A program made the translations under genes and the position numbers. DNA of 64,000 nt, taken from assembly GCA_951406725.2 (NCBI GenBank), contig OX597815.1, forward strand, positions 112,344,001 to 112,408,000. The letters run 5' to 3'. Positions 12,621 through 25,979 of the stretch are shown here, one piece after another (the first letter of the stretch is position 1; each line of letters starts with the position of its first letter). This stretch comes from Octopus vulgaris. Its lineage: Eukaryota. Below the pieces are notes generated by a model, which saw only the letters and a program-made list of their open reading frames with translations, was not told where the DNA came from and searched no databases.

Positions 12621-13097
12621 ACCGGTGGTGTTAGACTTGGTGTTGATTATGGTGTTGGTGGTGCTGATTGTGGTCTTTGTGTTGGTGTTGTTGGTGCTGG
12701 TGGTGGTTTTGGTGTTGGCGGTGATTGCTTTTCATTTCGATAAAATGCAGTTCCAGTCAATTACTGATGTCGATGTATTTTACTAAAACCATCCCCCTAA
12801 AATATTTGGCCTTATGCCCCAAATTAAAAAGGATTATTAGCAAGTGTCCAATTTGATGAGAACACGGGAAATATTTTACAGATAAAACTGGTGGAAGTTT
12901 AACTAAAAAAATACGCTACTTTGTCATTCAGAAAAATGCAATAATAAAGCACCGATTAAAAAGCAACGAAACATTGCTAAATTTTCATTCATGTGTTAAA
13001 ATTCATTATTGTAGCATTATATTTTCCATTTTGCTTTTATATTTATGCTTATTGGCGATCGGCCACTACTTTTTAAAAAGACTAGCATCAAGTAGTT

Positions 13098-13282
13098 CAT
13101 ATCAGCACTAGAACGATTCGGTCATCCTGCTTATAGAAGGAGGAACAATACGAATGGAAACTGCATCGTTCCATCTCGAGTGAAAAATGAATGTATACCT
13201 TGAAGGTGATACCTAAATGTGCACGTTGGGGCGTGGCAAAATCTTCATTACCAGAAACAGATTTTTGAGTGCCCAATGGAAG
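13098..13282 (+). pseudogene. Putative decayed sushi/CCP exon
   Basis: FGHPAY..NGNC..VKNEC / YLEGDT*MCT / GAWQN..ECPME ending at AG|GTATGC donor-like site. Confidence 0.4.
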
Positions 13283-13439
13283 GTATGCCAAGAAAAAATA
13301 TCACGTATGAAACACTTTATAAATGGATAAGAGACGGATGTGTTTTTTTGCTTCATACATATTTTATAGCAACATTCTACCCGAACAACAAAATTGCATT
13401 TTTTTTAACAGGAAAAACGAATGGATTTGAAATGAAACT

Positions 13440-14290
13440 AAATTTGAATCCTACTAGACCAACTAATTTGACTTCAAATAGACTAGCTGATTAAGACCTA
13501 AATGCAGAAGTATATATCACTTATCAAACCAAAATATGAAAGAACACATAATAAGATGAATATAAACATTGAGAACCACTACCATGCAGATGGACTTAAT
13601 GCATGCCAAGCAATGGAAATACATAAATAACAAGAAAATAACGAGCCCAGAAATACTTACTGAATACTGACCAATAGTTACTGAAAACAACTCCACCAAA
13701 AGATATGGATAAAAGAGAATATGAGAAATATTTTTAAATAGAAACATCTGAACATGGTAATTATGGCTACGACAATAAACTAACGGAGGAAATACCTGAA
13801 GAAGTAAAATCGATAACAGATATTCCTGAGCACCTGCGAAGACATTTCCCTAGGATAAATCTAAACAATGTAACAAAAAATAACGCAAATCTGGACGTAA
13901 GAAAGAGAAGCAAATTAAAAGAAAATATCTTTCGTTTCTTAAGAAAATCAATAACCAATATACACAACTAAAGAAAAATGGAAAGCTAAAAACTACGCAA
14001 ATATATAACGAAACCAAAATACCTGCAGTCTCATATAGCCTGAAAAAATCTATCCTCGCGAAATAGCAAATCAATTCGGTGTACAATCTACAATGGTTCC
14101 CTAAAAAAAGCAAGCAACTAGACTCGGACCGAAATGGATTTTATCGAATACTAGTAAAAATAAAATAGAGAAATCAACCCAGCTCTAACATCAAAAGAAC
14201 TGTCAATAAACAGGACACTGGAGGCGATTAGGCAGCAGTGGAGCCACCACGGTCGAGGTTATTCAATGCAACAGACGCCATGAGATAAGA
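13440..14290 (+). mobile_element. Highly decayed R4-like LINE fragments
   Basis: A-rich coding-like strand; QLDSDRNGFYRIL resembles the pre-RT motif of R4 elements. Confidence 0.35.
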
Positions 14291-14399
14291 ACATATTTAT
14301 GACAGGGTAATAATTTAAGAAAACGTAAATATAGGAGACAAAATGCATATTTACGTCAATATTTATCCACATTTAAGTGGGGTGTTGTGCTACAGCACA

Positions 14400-14671
14400 G
14401 AATACTGCGGTATTTACCATGACAAAGCTTCCCATAATGTCTTTCCGTGCATATAAGCACCTTTTGATTGTGATGGTTTACTCAACATGAAGAAAATTCT
14501 AAATGGGCCCCTCCTGCAAGGTCATATGCAGTCTCTTGATATCGCAAACATATGATTGTGATGCGTATGCCAAGTGTGGCCTCATCAGACGGGTTGTCAT
14601 GATGGCTAAACTATGCTTCGTATGTTTGTACCGCAGCAGCATTTTGATGATGTGAGATGCTCCCGCCAACA
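14400..14671 (+). mobile_element. Old diverged copy of the ~500-bp (AAT)-tailed element
   Basis: gggcccctcctgcaaggtcat..tgtgatgc..atcagacggg..gtcatgatgg matches 49990-50105; followed by (AAT)n. Confidence 0.65.
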
Positions 14672-14686
14672 TAATAATAATGATGA

Positions 14687-14745
<59 letters not shown>

Positions 14746-14792
14746 GTAATAAAAATAATAATAATAATGATAATAATAATAATAATAATAAT

Positions 14793-15035
14793 AGTGCATT
14801 AGGCATGATAAAAAAATATTCAGACAAATACATAACAAAAACACCAGGACTTACAAACACATATAACATACAGAAAATTGCACTACTGGGCACTGCACAC
14901 ATCCTACGCAGAACACTTTCCATACAATAACCATCAGAGCATCACAACAAATCACAGCACATACCCAAGGCACACAGAGCTGTGCTCGGTAGTGAAGTGA
15001 AAGCACGCTATAAAAATAAAAATAAAACTACTGAA
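14793..15035 (+). mobile_element. Young R4/Dong LINE 3' end in (AAT)n
   Basis: ALGMIKKYSDKYITKTPGL..QKIALLGTAHILRRTLSIQ* + UTR, (AAT)n on both sides. Confidence 0.9.
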
Positions 15036-15089
15036 TAATAATAATAATAATAATAACATTAATAATATCAATAATTATGATAATAATAA

Positions 15090-15238
15090 TGCCCTGATGC
15101 AGTACTAGGCAGTGGTTCACGTGGTTTCTGATCTTAACTGATCGGAAGTGTTATCATGTACATTGTTTTGTCTTGGTATAAAAAAATGGGCTGCATCAAA
15201 TATTCTGCTCAATACCACAGATTTGCATGTCAGTTGCT

Positions 15239-15240
<2 letters not shown>
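15090..15240 (+). mobile_element. 5' part of the ~500-bp (AAT)-associated element
   Basis: agtgttatcatgtacattgttttgtcttggtataaaa..atattctgctcaataccacagatttgc is the reverse complement of 7330-7416. Confidence 0.8.
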
Positions 15241-15269
<29 letters not shown>

Positions 15270-15689
15270 GGTACCTGCGATGAGTGAGAAAAATACTGGC
15301 TTCAAAGCTCAATGCCCATCATTCAAGTGCAGACACTGGTCACATATACATGAAGAAAGTAACTAGAGGAAGAATTGTTGAATTTCTACTACTGAAAATG
15401 TGTCTTTAAACGTTGCTGAACTGTGTTGTTCTGAACCGGTTTTACCGGGGAATAATTGGATAATTTCTTACCGTTGAACTGTTAGCCATTGTGGCTTTTA
15501 TTTACGTGACTATATATAGTCCTGCCAGACTATTTTCGTGCCCCTCCCCCGAATGGGGGTGGGAATTGGAATTTTTGAACTGTTTTTTTGAACTACTTAG
15601 GAAGAAAAACTTTCTATAGGTTTCCCAGTTTTGTGGGAAACCAATATTCGTAATTTTTGTGTTGTCTAATTTCAACAGAATAATGTCTG

Positions 15690-16697
15690 TTGAAATTATT
15701 CACGAAAGTAGTGCTCTTGAGGAGAGCAATCGTGGAGACCGAGAAGCGGACCGTAGTGTTTAAAACTTTCTGTCCACAAAGCAGAAGGTTCAAACACTTT
15801 GAAAAAAGTACCATCGAGAAATGCCTGTCCCCGATTTGGAAGGACATCGTGTACGTCGCCAGGGGACGGGCATATGGCACTGTGGATGTCCGCTTCTCGG
15901 GGGAAGAAGTGGCCCGCGGGCATTCTGTGAACCCCCTAAAAACCAAGGAGGTGGTACTTTTCCCAAGCTATAGGGGACGCAGGACGTCCCTGGTCAGGAT
16001 TGTAGAAGCCCCGCCGGAAGTAGATCCGGTAGAGGTAGTGGCCGCCCTGTTATATAAAAGGGCGGACAAAATTAAAATACTAGAAGTAACATGCTCTGCC
16101 CCTCTATTTTGGCTCGGGCGTAACATTAATATATTAATTCAAGGAACAGCGGAGGACCTGCAGCTCCTTCCTGAGAGGGTGCTCGTGGGCAAGAACGTAG
16201 CCCTCAGGGTACAGGTCGAAGGCCGAAAACCCACCTGTTACGCCTGCGGCAAAAAGGGCCACATTCGTGTAGACTGTCCAGACAAGCAAAAGAAACCGCA
16301 GACACCAGGCCCCTCAGATAATAAAAAAGTCCCTACCCTTGCAAACTCACTTACCCCTACAAAAACAAAAAATCCCACTCCTGCTGTTAAGGTGCCAACC
16401 CCAAAACAGACTGAAGAAAAAACCCAGCCCTCGCACTCACAAACCCCTACATTATTAAAACCTCCCACCCCCCTAAAAACTGCGGCGCCTACCGAACAAA
16501 CTATTGCTACCCCAGACGATACCATGGAGGTATCAGAGGGGGGATTTACACCAGTTCGTAAAAGAATTCGTGCATCATCCCCGTCCACTTCCCCTACAAA
16601 AAATAATAAAAACAAAGACACACCACAGACACGGAAAAAAAATCCCGCTCAACTGGCCCAGAAAAAGAAGACAAAAAAGAAAATGAACTCATATTAA
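15690..16697 (+). CDS. Tx1 ORF1 gag-like nucleic-acid-binding protein
   Basis: 335-aa ORF with CYACGKKGHIRVDC (CX2CX4HX4C) and a P/T/K-rich tail; true start probably ATG 15683 with a frameshift. Confidence 0.85.
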   Translation: MKLFTKVVLLRRAIVETEKRTVVFKTFCPQSRRFKHFEKSTIEKCLSPIWKDIVYVARGRAYGTVDVRFSGEEVARGHSVNPLKTKEVVLFPSYRGRRTSLVRIVEAPPEVDPVEVVAALLYKRADKIKILEVTCSAPLFWLGRNINILIQGTAEDLQLLPERVLVGKNVALRVQVEGRKPTCYACGKKGHIRVDCPDKQKKPQTPGPSDNKKVPTLANSLTPTKTKNPTPAVKVPTPKQTEEKTQPSHSQTPTLLKPPTPLKTAAPTEQTIATPDDTMEVSEGGFTPVRKRIRASSPSTSPTKNNKNKDTPQTRKKNPAQLAQKKKTKKKMNSY

Positions 16698-16967
16698 TTG
16701 AATTCGACACACAAGACAAATACATAAACGATATTGTGGTTCAGCATCAGTCAGCAAGACTGTACAACAAATACAAAGATCGAAATAGACACGCGTGGAT
16801 TGCGGAAACAATGTTCAAACAATTAAAAGACAGACACCCAAACGCCATCCGGCATATCGCGAACTTGCCGGACTGAAGAAAGAGGAGAAAGAAGGGTCCC
16901 ACAAACGTGTGGTGAGGTCGGCCCCCACCTCTCCAACGAAATGTAAGTAGAACTTTTACTTTTTGTA

Positions 16968-19900
16968 ATGGCTTCGCTTAACCTTGGTTGTTTAAATGTG
17001 CGTGGTCTGAGTTCGAAGTGGAAGCAGGCTTGTTTCCTCGACGACCTCAGATCACATGATATACATGTGATGGTTGCTACAGAGACCAAGCTGGACAGCC
17101 TACAAACCTTCTCGCTTCTCCTGAATGGCTACGAGAAAATCATGTCTCCTGGCCAGACCGGAGGGCGAGGGGGCGTAGTGGTACTGATCCGTAAAGACTT
17201 GGCTCTACAGACAAGTACAGTCTATGTAGACCCAGAAGGTGGGCTGGTCGTCCTTGATGTGACATACAGCAGTAAGGCCTTCAGGTTGATCGGATTCTAT
17301 GCACCTTGTGCTAGAGGTTTCCAAACTGATTTTTATCGGCGCCTAGAGGGCTTTCTCGTGACGTCGAAGACTTTAGTGATATTAGGGGACTTTAATGCTA
17401 TCGTTGACGTACACATCGATAGCGTTGGCTCGATCTATAGGAAAGTGAACTCACGTCTCGTGGATCTGCTTAAGCGGTTTCAGCTGGCAGATCGTTACAG
17501 ACTTGACCATCCGAACGTCCCAGAGTGGACCTGGATGAGTGGCGACGGAAGGTTCAAGTCTTATCTAGACAGGATAGTGATAAGAACTAGAGATAAGTCT
17601 AGTTTTAGTTGTCCACAGCTCGTCTAGGTGCCCTATACTGACCATAGAATGGTCACGTGTAGACTGGACATAGATAGCACACTTAAGATAGGAACCGGCT
17701 ACTGGAAGCTGAACAAGTCTATTTTGACACGCGAGGCATACCGTAGCCGGATTAAGGTGTTAGTGCAGAGGGCGTTAACCGGAGCCGTGGTTAATAACCG
17801 GTGGTGGTTCGCCCTCAAAAGAGCCATTCGATTCGAGTCCATTAGATTTAGTAAACAACTAAGACTAGATAGGGCTAGAATAGAAGGGCAACTAGTTAAG
17901 AACTTAGAGGAGGCGTTGAGGTTGGGCTCTGCATCTCACATTTTAGCGGCGAGAACGGCATTAGACCGTCACCTCAAAACCAAACATGAGGGATGTAGAG
18001 TTCGGGCTAAAGTACGAGCATTGGGCCGTGAGGGAATTAATGTTGCCGGATGGGCCCGTACGATAGAAACACAGCGTGGAAACGATTCCACAATTGGGTC
18101 TCTTGTTGATGAAAACGGATGCACGATCAGGAAGCGGGACGAGATGTGTGAGGCACTTCACAAGCACTTCGCCGAGTTGTTCGGGAGGTGCGGGACGCTG
18201 GATCATGGTGAGGCCCTTAGGGACTTCCTGTCTGGTGTCCCGCGCCTCTCGACACGAAGGGCCAATCACAGCCGAGGAAGTAATCGAGGTATTGGGCAAG
18301 TGCCCCGGGGAGAAGTCGCCGGGTCTCGATGGTCTGCCCTATGAATTTTATAAAAGTATGCCAGACTTGTTCGGGCACCTGCTGGCTAGCGTCTACGCCA
18401 ACTGGCAGCAGAATGGGAGAATTCCCAAGTCTGCGAGCCGGGGGGGCGGTGACGTTGATCAGGAAGGACCCGAACAAAGGGGACGAGATAGGGAACTTCA
18501 GGCCCATAACTCTGTTGAACACAGAGTTAAAGATTCTGGCCAAAGTGCTAGCAAAAAGGTTGGCGCGGGTCGTGGACAAACTTGTCGGGGAAGCGCAAAC
18601 GTGCGCTATCCCTGGCAGAACGATCTACGACAATACGCTACTCCTTAGAGAGGGTGGGGAAGCTTTCTGGCGCAGGGGGAGCACTGGTACATTTAGACCA
18701 GTCCAAAGCATTTGATAGGGTCGACCATCGGTACTTGGCGGCGGTCCTCGGAGAGGCTGGCCTAGGCCCGACCTTTCGAGGTTGGATCGCTGCTTTGTAT
18801 AGCGACATCGAGTCTGTAGTCAAGGTGAACGGTTCCTTTTCGAAGCCGTTCAGGATCGAGCGTTCAGTTCGTCAAGAGTGCCCCCTGTCCTCGCTCCTAT
18901 ACGTATTGGCTCTTGAGCCTTTGCTGCGGAAGTTGGAGGCACTAGGGGGCGCGCCGCATGATCTATGGTGTGGAAGAGGAGCTACGGCGTATGCGGATGA
19001 CACCTCCATCATCGTGGCAGACGAAGGCCAGCTTCCAGTGGTGGAAGAGGCCATCAAAAGCTACGAGGCGGTGGCAGGAGCAAAGGTTAACAAGGACAAG
19101 TCGGTCGGTTTGCAACTCGGCACCCGGAGGGGCAAGCCGATGCCGTCCAATAACGTCGTAGGGCGTTGGACGGAAGGTCCTGTTAAGCTGCTAGGAGTCT
19201 GGTTCGGGCCAGACCTCCAGATTGAGAAAAATTGGAGTGAGGTGGCCAACAAGGTGACCGCTCTAACCCAGACCTGGTCTGGGCGGGCGTTATCCCTGCT
19301 AGGGAAGGCGGAGGTGGTGCAGATGTTTATAGCATCAGTAATCACCTACCGTCTGACCGTGGTGCCTTGCCCCGATTTGTGGCTGAACAAGTTGGAGAGA
19401 ATCCTTTTCCGATTTTTGTGGAAAGGAGGAAAGCCACTTGTAAAGCGCTCTGTCTGCTGCCAGAAACCGCTAGGGATGCCTTGGCTGAGGATGCGAAAAC
19501 TCGCGTTAAGGTTGAGGCACCTCTGGCTTTACCTGGATGGAGAGCAGGTGTGGTCACCGCACGTCCGGTTCTACCTTCCCCAGTTAACATCCCTAACGGT
19601 GCATGGATCAAGCGGAGACCTAAACTGAGTGAATGGCATTTGGAGTGCCGTCAGGCGTTCCAGCTACTCTCTCGGGTGGGCAACGCCGGCAACAGGAGTT
19701 CCACCACGGATTTCTATAACGGGTTAGTGGAGGTTAAGTCCGAAGACGCCTTGGGGGAGACCCTGGGCTACGATGAAAATCAGTTGGTCAACCTGTTCCG
19801 GAGGACGTTCGGGCCGGGGTATCTGGATAATTACCAGAAATCCCTGGTAAGGCACGGTAGTCAAGCTGTCAAGGCACGGTAGTGCCGTCTCGCCGACATG

Positions 19901-20300
19901 CCCGCGATTTGAGCAGGATAGGGAGACCGTCTTGCACGCATTCGTGGAGTGTCCGGAGTTATCGGGACTGATAGCTTTTGTTGAACAACTGTTGTCAGTG
20001 ATGGGAAGATTACAGCTATCAGCTGAGTCTATCATCGAGATTGTGCCGCCCCCTTTCCTTAACAGGGAAAGAAAGGCTTGTTTTTTCTGTGTAGTAGCCA
20101 TACTGAAAGAAACAGTATGGAAGACGCGTACGAAAGGTATAGTGACAGGCACCTTTGTCCCCAGCCAGGGGTTGATTAACTTTTTTAGTTACCACCTCAG
20201 TAGCAAAATCAGGCTGGAGAAGAGGTGTCTGTCACGAGATATGTTTGTGAAAAGATGGAAGCCTGTAGCATGCAAGATGGGTATGTTTGGCACCAGGTAA
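16968..20300 (+). pseudogene. Tx1 ORF2 (APE endonuclease, reverse transcriptase, Zn finger), disrupted
   Basis: LNVRGL, ATETKL, ILGDFNA, SYLDRI, TDHRMV, GYWKLN; KSPGLDGLPYEFY, NFRPITLLN, DQSKAFDRVDH, VRQECPLS, AYADD; CPR..ETVLHAFVEC; TAG at 17625 and several frameshifts. Confidence 0.93.
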
Positions 20301-20529
20301 GTGTGACCGGATCAGAAAGTAAAGGTTCTACCCGGATAGCTGGGTGTCCGTCCTTCGACATGATCATTAATATTTTTAAACATTGTCTTCGTAAAACTCA
20401 TTGTTTATAATCTTATCCGTAATTTCATTCGAAAATTGTAACTGTGTTAAGCTACTTCACCCTTTATATTTGTCTGTCCTTGTTTGTCCCCTCTTTGTAA
20501 ATGCCTAAATGGCAAATTATATGAAATAA

Positions 20530-20907
20530 AGTAGCTTGCTAACCAACCACATGGTTCCGGGTTCAGTCCCACTGCGTGGCATCTTGGGCAAGTGTCTTCT
20601 GCTATAGCCCCGGGCCGACCAATGCCTTGTGAGTGGATTTGGTAGACGGAAACTGAAAGAAGCCTGTCGTATATATATATATGTGTGTGTGTGTGTCTGT
20701 GTTTGTCCCCCTAGCATTGCTTGACAACCGATGCTGGTGTGTTTACGTCCCCGTTACTTAGCGGTTCGGCAAAAAAAGAGACCGATAGAATAAGTACTGG
20801 GCTTTCAAAGAATAAGTCCCGGGGTCGATTTGCTCGACTAAAGGCGGTGCTCCAGCATGGCCGCAGTCAAATGACTGAAACAAGTAAAAGAGTAAAGAGT
20901 AAAGAGT
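20530..20907 (+). mobile_element. tRNA-derived CORE-type SINE lacking its first ~20 nt
   Basis: B-box ggttcagtcc, CORE-like catcttgggcaagt, internal (TA)/(TG) run, (AGAGTAA)n tail. Confidence 0.85.
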
Positions 20908-21470
20908 ATAGATACAACTCCCTTAAATACGAAATAGCCCGGCTATAGAAAATGAAGAAGGTGAAGATAGTGCCAATTATTGTTGGGACCATGGGGACAA
21001 TATCAGAAGGCATCAAGATGAATATAAAGGAAATTTGAATAGAGTCCCCAGTAGAAATGTTACGGAAGATTTGCCTGCTTGCATGGCCAGAATAATGAGG
21101 AAACTATTAGATAGCTGAAATGAATGGATAGCATGATACCGTAGGCTGAAGATAGCAATTTTGCTCCTGCATGCAAGACTCCGAGTGATCCAAAAGCTCC
21201 TGTGATAACAAGAAATAATAATAGAAAATTGGAAAAAAATTGGTAAAAGATTGGCACGACCACAAACCTGATGACATCGTCGAAAATACAAATGCAAATA
21301 TCCTACAGGAATTTATGATCCAGTGCGACCATGAGATATCGAATAGGAAGCCAGACAGTTTTAATTGAGAAAGAAAAGCAACTATACTGGATCATAGATA
21401 TACCATGTACAGCAGACAACAAAGTATGCGACAAGGAAGAAAAAAAATTCGAGAGATATGACAGGTTACC
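20908..21470 (+). mobile_element. Two R4/Dong LINE 3'-region fragments
   Basis: YNSLKYEIARL*KMKKVKIVPIIVGTMG; DFMIQCDHEISNRKPD..WIIDIPC. Confidence 0.75.
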
Positions 21471-21552
21471 TTAGTTACCTTAGTTCACTGGTAGTGAACA
21501 ACTGACACCGCACTACTTGTCCAGCGTTTGGCGCTGTGCAAAGGCAATTATT

Positions 21553-21700
<148 letters not shown>

Positions 21701-22307
21701 GAACACGACAGGGTAGAACACGACAGGGTAGAACACGACAGGGTTGGGACCTACATACACTGGAAGCTATGCCAACACTATGGAATAACAACGGAAAAAA
21801 GATGGTATAGGCACACACCAGAAAAGGTCAAAGAAAACCAGAAAGCAACTATACTCTGGGATATGCCAATACACACATATAGAAAAATTAAGGCCAATAG
21901 GCTAGATATAGTTGTCAGAGATCTTGAAGAAAAAAATGCTTTCTAATTGATGTATCACTACCAGCAGGTGACAACGTGTCTCTAAAAGAAATGAAGCAAC
22001 TTTCAAAATAAAAAGACCTCGAAATAGAGGTAAGTCGAATGTGGAATCTGAAAACAGAAACAATTCCTATCATAGTAGGTGCATTAGGTATGATAAAAAA
22101 ATATTCAGACAAATACATAGAAAAAACACCAGGACTTACAAATATATAATATACAGAAAATTGCACTACTGGGCACTGCACACATCCTACGCAAAACAAT
22201 TTCAATACAGTAACCATCAGAGCATCACAACATATCACAGCACATACCCAAGGCATACAGAGCCGCGCTTGGTAGTGAAGTGAAATCACGCTATAAAAAT
22301 AAAACTA

Positions 22308-22312
<5 letters not shown>
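21701..22312 (+). mobile_element. R4/Dong LINE 3' 0.6 kb (RLE domain + UTR)
   Basis: HDRVGTYIHWKLC..WYRHTPE..ILWDMPIHT..ANRLDIV..LIDVSLP..DLEIEVSRMWNLKTETIPIIVGALG; long (AAT)n tail. Confidence 0.9.
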
Positions 22313-22634
<322 letters not shown>

Positions 22635-23385
22635 TTAATAAAACAAATATTTACTAAGAGACATTTCAGTTACTTCTAACCAAAATATTTCCCCAAAAGC
22701 AGTGGAGAAATTGTCAAATTGCAAAAGAACTAGAATAGAAGTATTCAAAATGTAGGGAATGAAGGTGAAAGCAATACCAGTAATAACTGGACATTGGACA
22801 TAATAAAGAAAAATCATGTGAACAAAAACTTAGAGCTATGCCTGCATAATCTACACTATACGCTATACGAAATATAACACTGCTAAGAACGCCAATGACC
22901 TATGCAACCACTATCAACTCAATAATACAATCCAAACAAAACAATTCACAGCCAGAAGACACTCTATATAGTAAATATCCAATAAAATTAAACAGCCACC
23001 GGCAGTCAATTTACCCAACGCATTAAACACACAACACAATACGAACACTAATACAACAAATGACTCCGCCAGAATCCATAAGGAAACAAACTGATGCAAT
23101 ACACTATCGAGAAGAGTTTGCACTCTCCCAACAACAAAAGAGAACACACAGAGATGCACACAGCCGAGCAACACAAAGGTGTAGCAGATGATACAGTACA
23201 AATTTGCATGAAACTAACAAATGCTGATGGAATATAAAGGTGAAAATAGTGCCAGTTATTTTTGGGTCCTTGGAATGGTATCAGAAAAAATAATGAGGAA
23301 AGTATTAGATAATTGTAAAGAACAGACAGCATGGTACCGTAGGCCACATTCAGGAAGCCCTTATGCATGCAAGACTCCGGGGTTT
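22635..23385 (+). mobile_element. Decayed R4-like 3' fragments (22635-22920, 23200-23385) with an unclassified middle
   Basis: DISVTSNQNI..KELE..KAIPVITGH; KVKIVPVIFGSL; UTR similar to 21100-21190. Confidence 0.55.
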
Positions 23386-23396
23386 AGAAAAAAGTG

Positions 23397-24018
23397 AAAA
23401 CTTTGAGATGTTTATAAATATTTTTATATTTTGACTACGATGTGATTTTCCATAGATTCCTTTATCGTAAATACGATATGGTGTTTTATATATATTATAG
23501 ATTTTTTAAAAAAAACTTTCAGATGTTGTTTATAAAATTTTATATTTTTGATATTCTAGTTCCAACTTGTCGACGCTACTTTCAAAACATTTCATGTCTA
23601 TTTCTTATATATGTCCTCTCTCAAAAATCTCGTTTTCTATACATAAATTCATCGCCACGCAGGAATTTTAACGAGCTTACCTACCTACTTCCTCTGCGTC
23701 CTCTCTCTCACTCTAGCCCTCCTCTTCCAATCGATTTTAAGTGCTGCTGTAAGCATTCACTCGTGTGAATGGCCATTTATCAGCTCTCCCTCAAAATGTG
23801 TTAGCCTTTTCCATTACTTTCTATGTTTGCTAAAACTTTGAGATGTTTATAGATATTTGTTTTTATATCTTAACTACTACAATGAGATTTTCCAGAGATA
23901 GATTTCTTTATCGTAAATAAGATGTGGTGTTCTATACTATAGATATTTTAAAACTTAGAGATGTTGTTTATAAATTTCTATACCTTAACTATGCTAGTTC
24001 CAACTTGTCGACGCTACG
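23397..24018. repeat. ~190-bp diverged direct repeat (23397-23580 / 23833-24018)
   Basis: Both start aaaactttgagatgtttata and end ctagttccaacttgtcgacgctac. Confidence 0.85.
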
Positions 24019-24184
24019 CTCAAAAGCCAACTCCCACTCGCCCCCAATACACCGGTAGTCATATCAAGTAGCAGTCTGATCAAACACCCTCTATTAGTAC
24101 ATACAACAAACCCGCTTCTCTATTTAACGCCACAGCATCAGCAGTAGCTAAACCACCAGCCGTAAATCTGCCATTATTTGGCTA

Positions 24185-25750
<1,566 letters not shown>

Positions 25751-25775
25751 AGATAATAATGATGATGATGATGAT

Positions 25776-25968
25776 GATTTAAAATTTTGGCACAAAGATG
25801 TACATTCTAAGGTAGTGGGTAAGTCGAATACATCGATACCAGAGTTCAACGAGTACCAATTGTATCGACTCCACAAGGATGAAAGGCAAAGTCGATCCTC
25901 GGCGAAATTGAAAATCAGAACGTAAAGATGGACGAGATGCCACTAGGCATTTTGTACGTCGTTCTATC
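25776..25968 (-). mobile_element. Meta-type SINE, decayed
   Basis: aaggatgaaaggcaaagtcga..cctcggcg..tcagaacgtaaag. Confidence 0.75.
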
Positions 25969-25979
25969 GAGACTTAAAA

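Larger units (their letters stand above)
15410..20530 (+). mobile_element. Near-full-length Tx1/L1-clade non-LTR retrotransposon (inactivated)
   Basis: ORF1 with zinc knuckle, ORF2 with APE + RT + C-terminal Zn finger, T-rich 3' UTR ending aataaa; 5' boundary approximate. Confidence 0.92.

Noticed and set aside
15690-20300. Active autonomous Tx1 element
   Set aside because: In-frame stop at 17625 and several frameshifts in ORF2
21701-21745. CRISPR-like or regulatory repeat array
   Set aside because: No spacers, eukaryotic context, and the unit is LINE coding sequence
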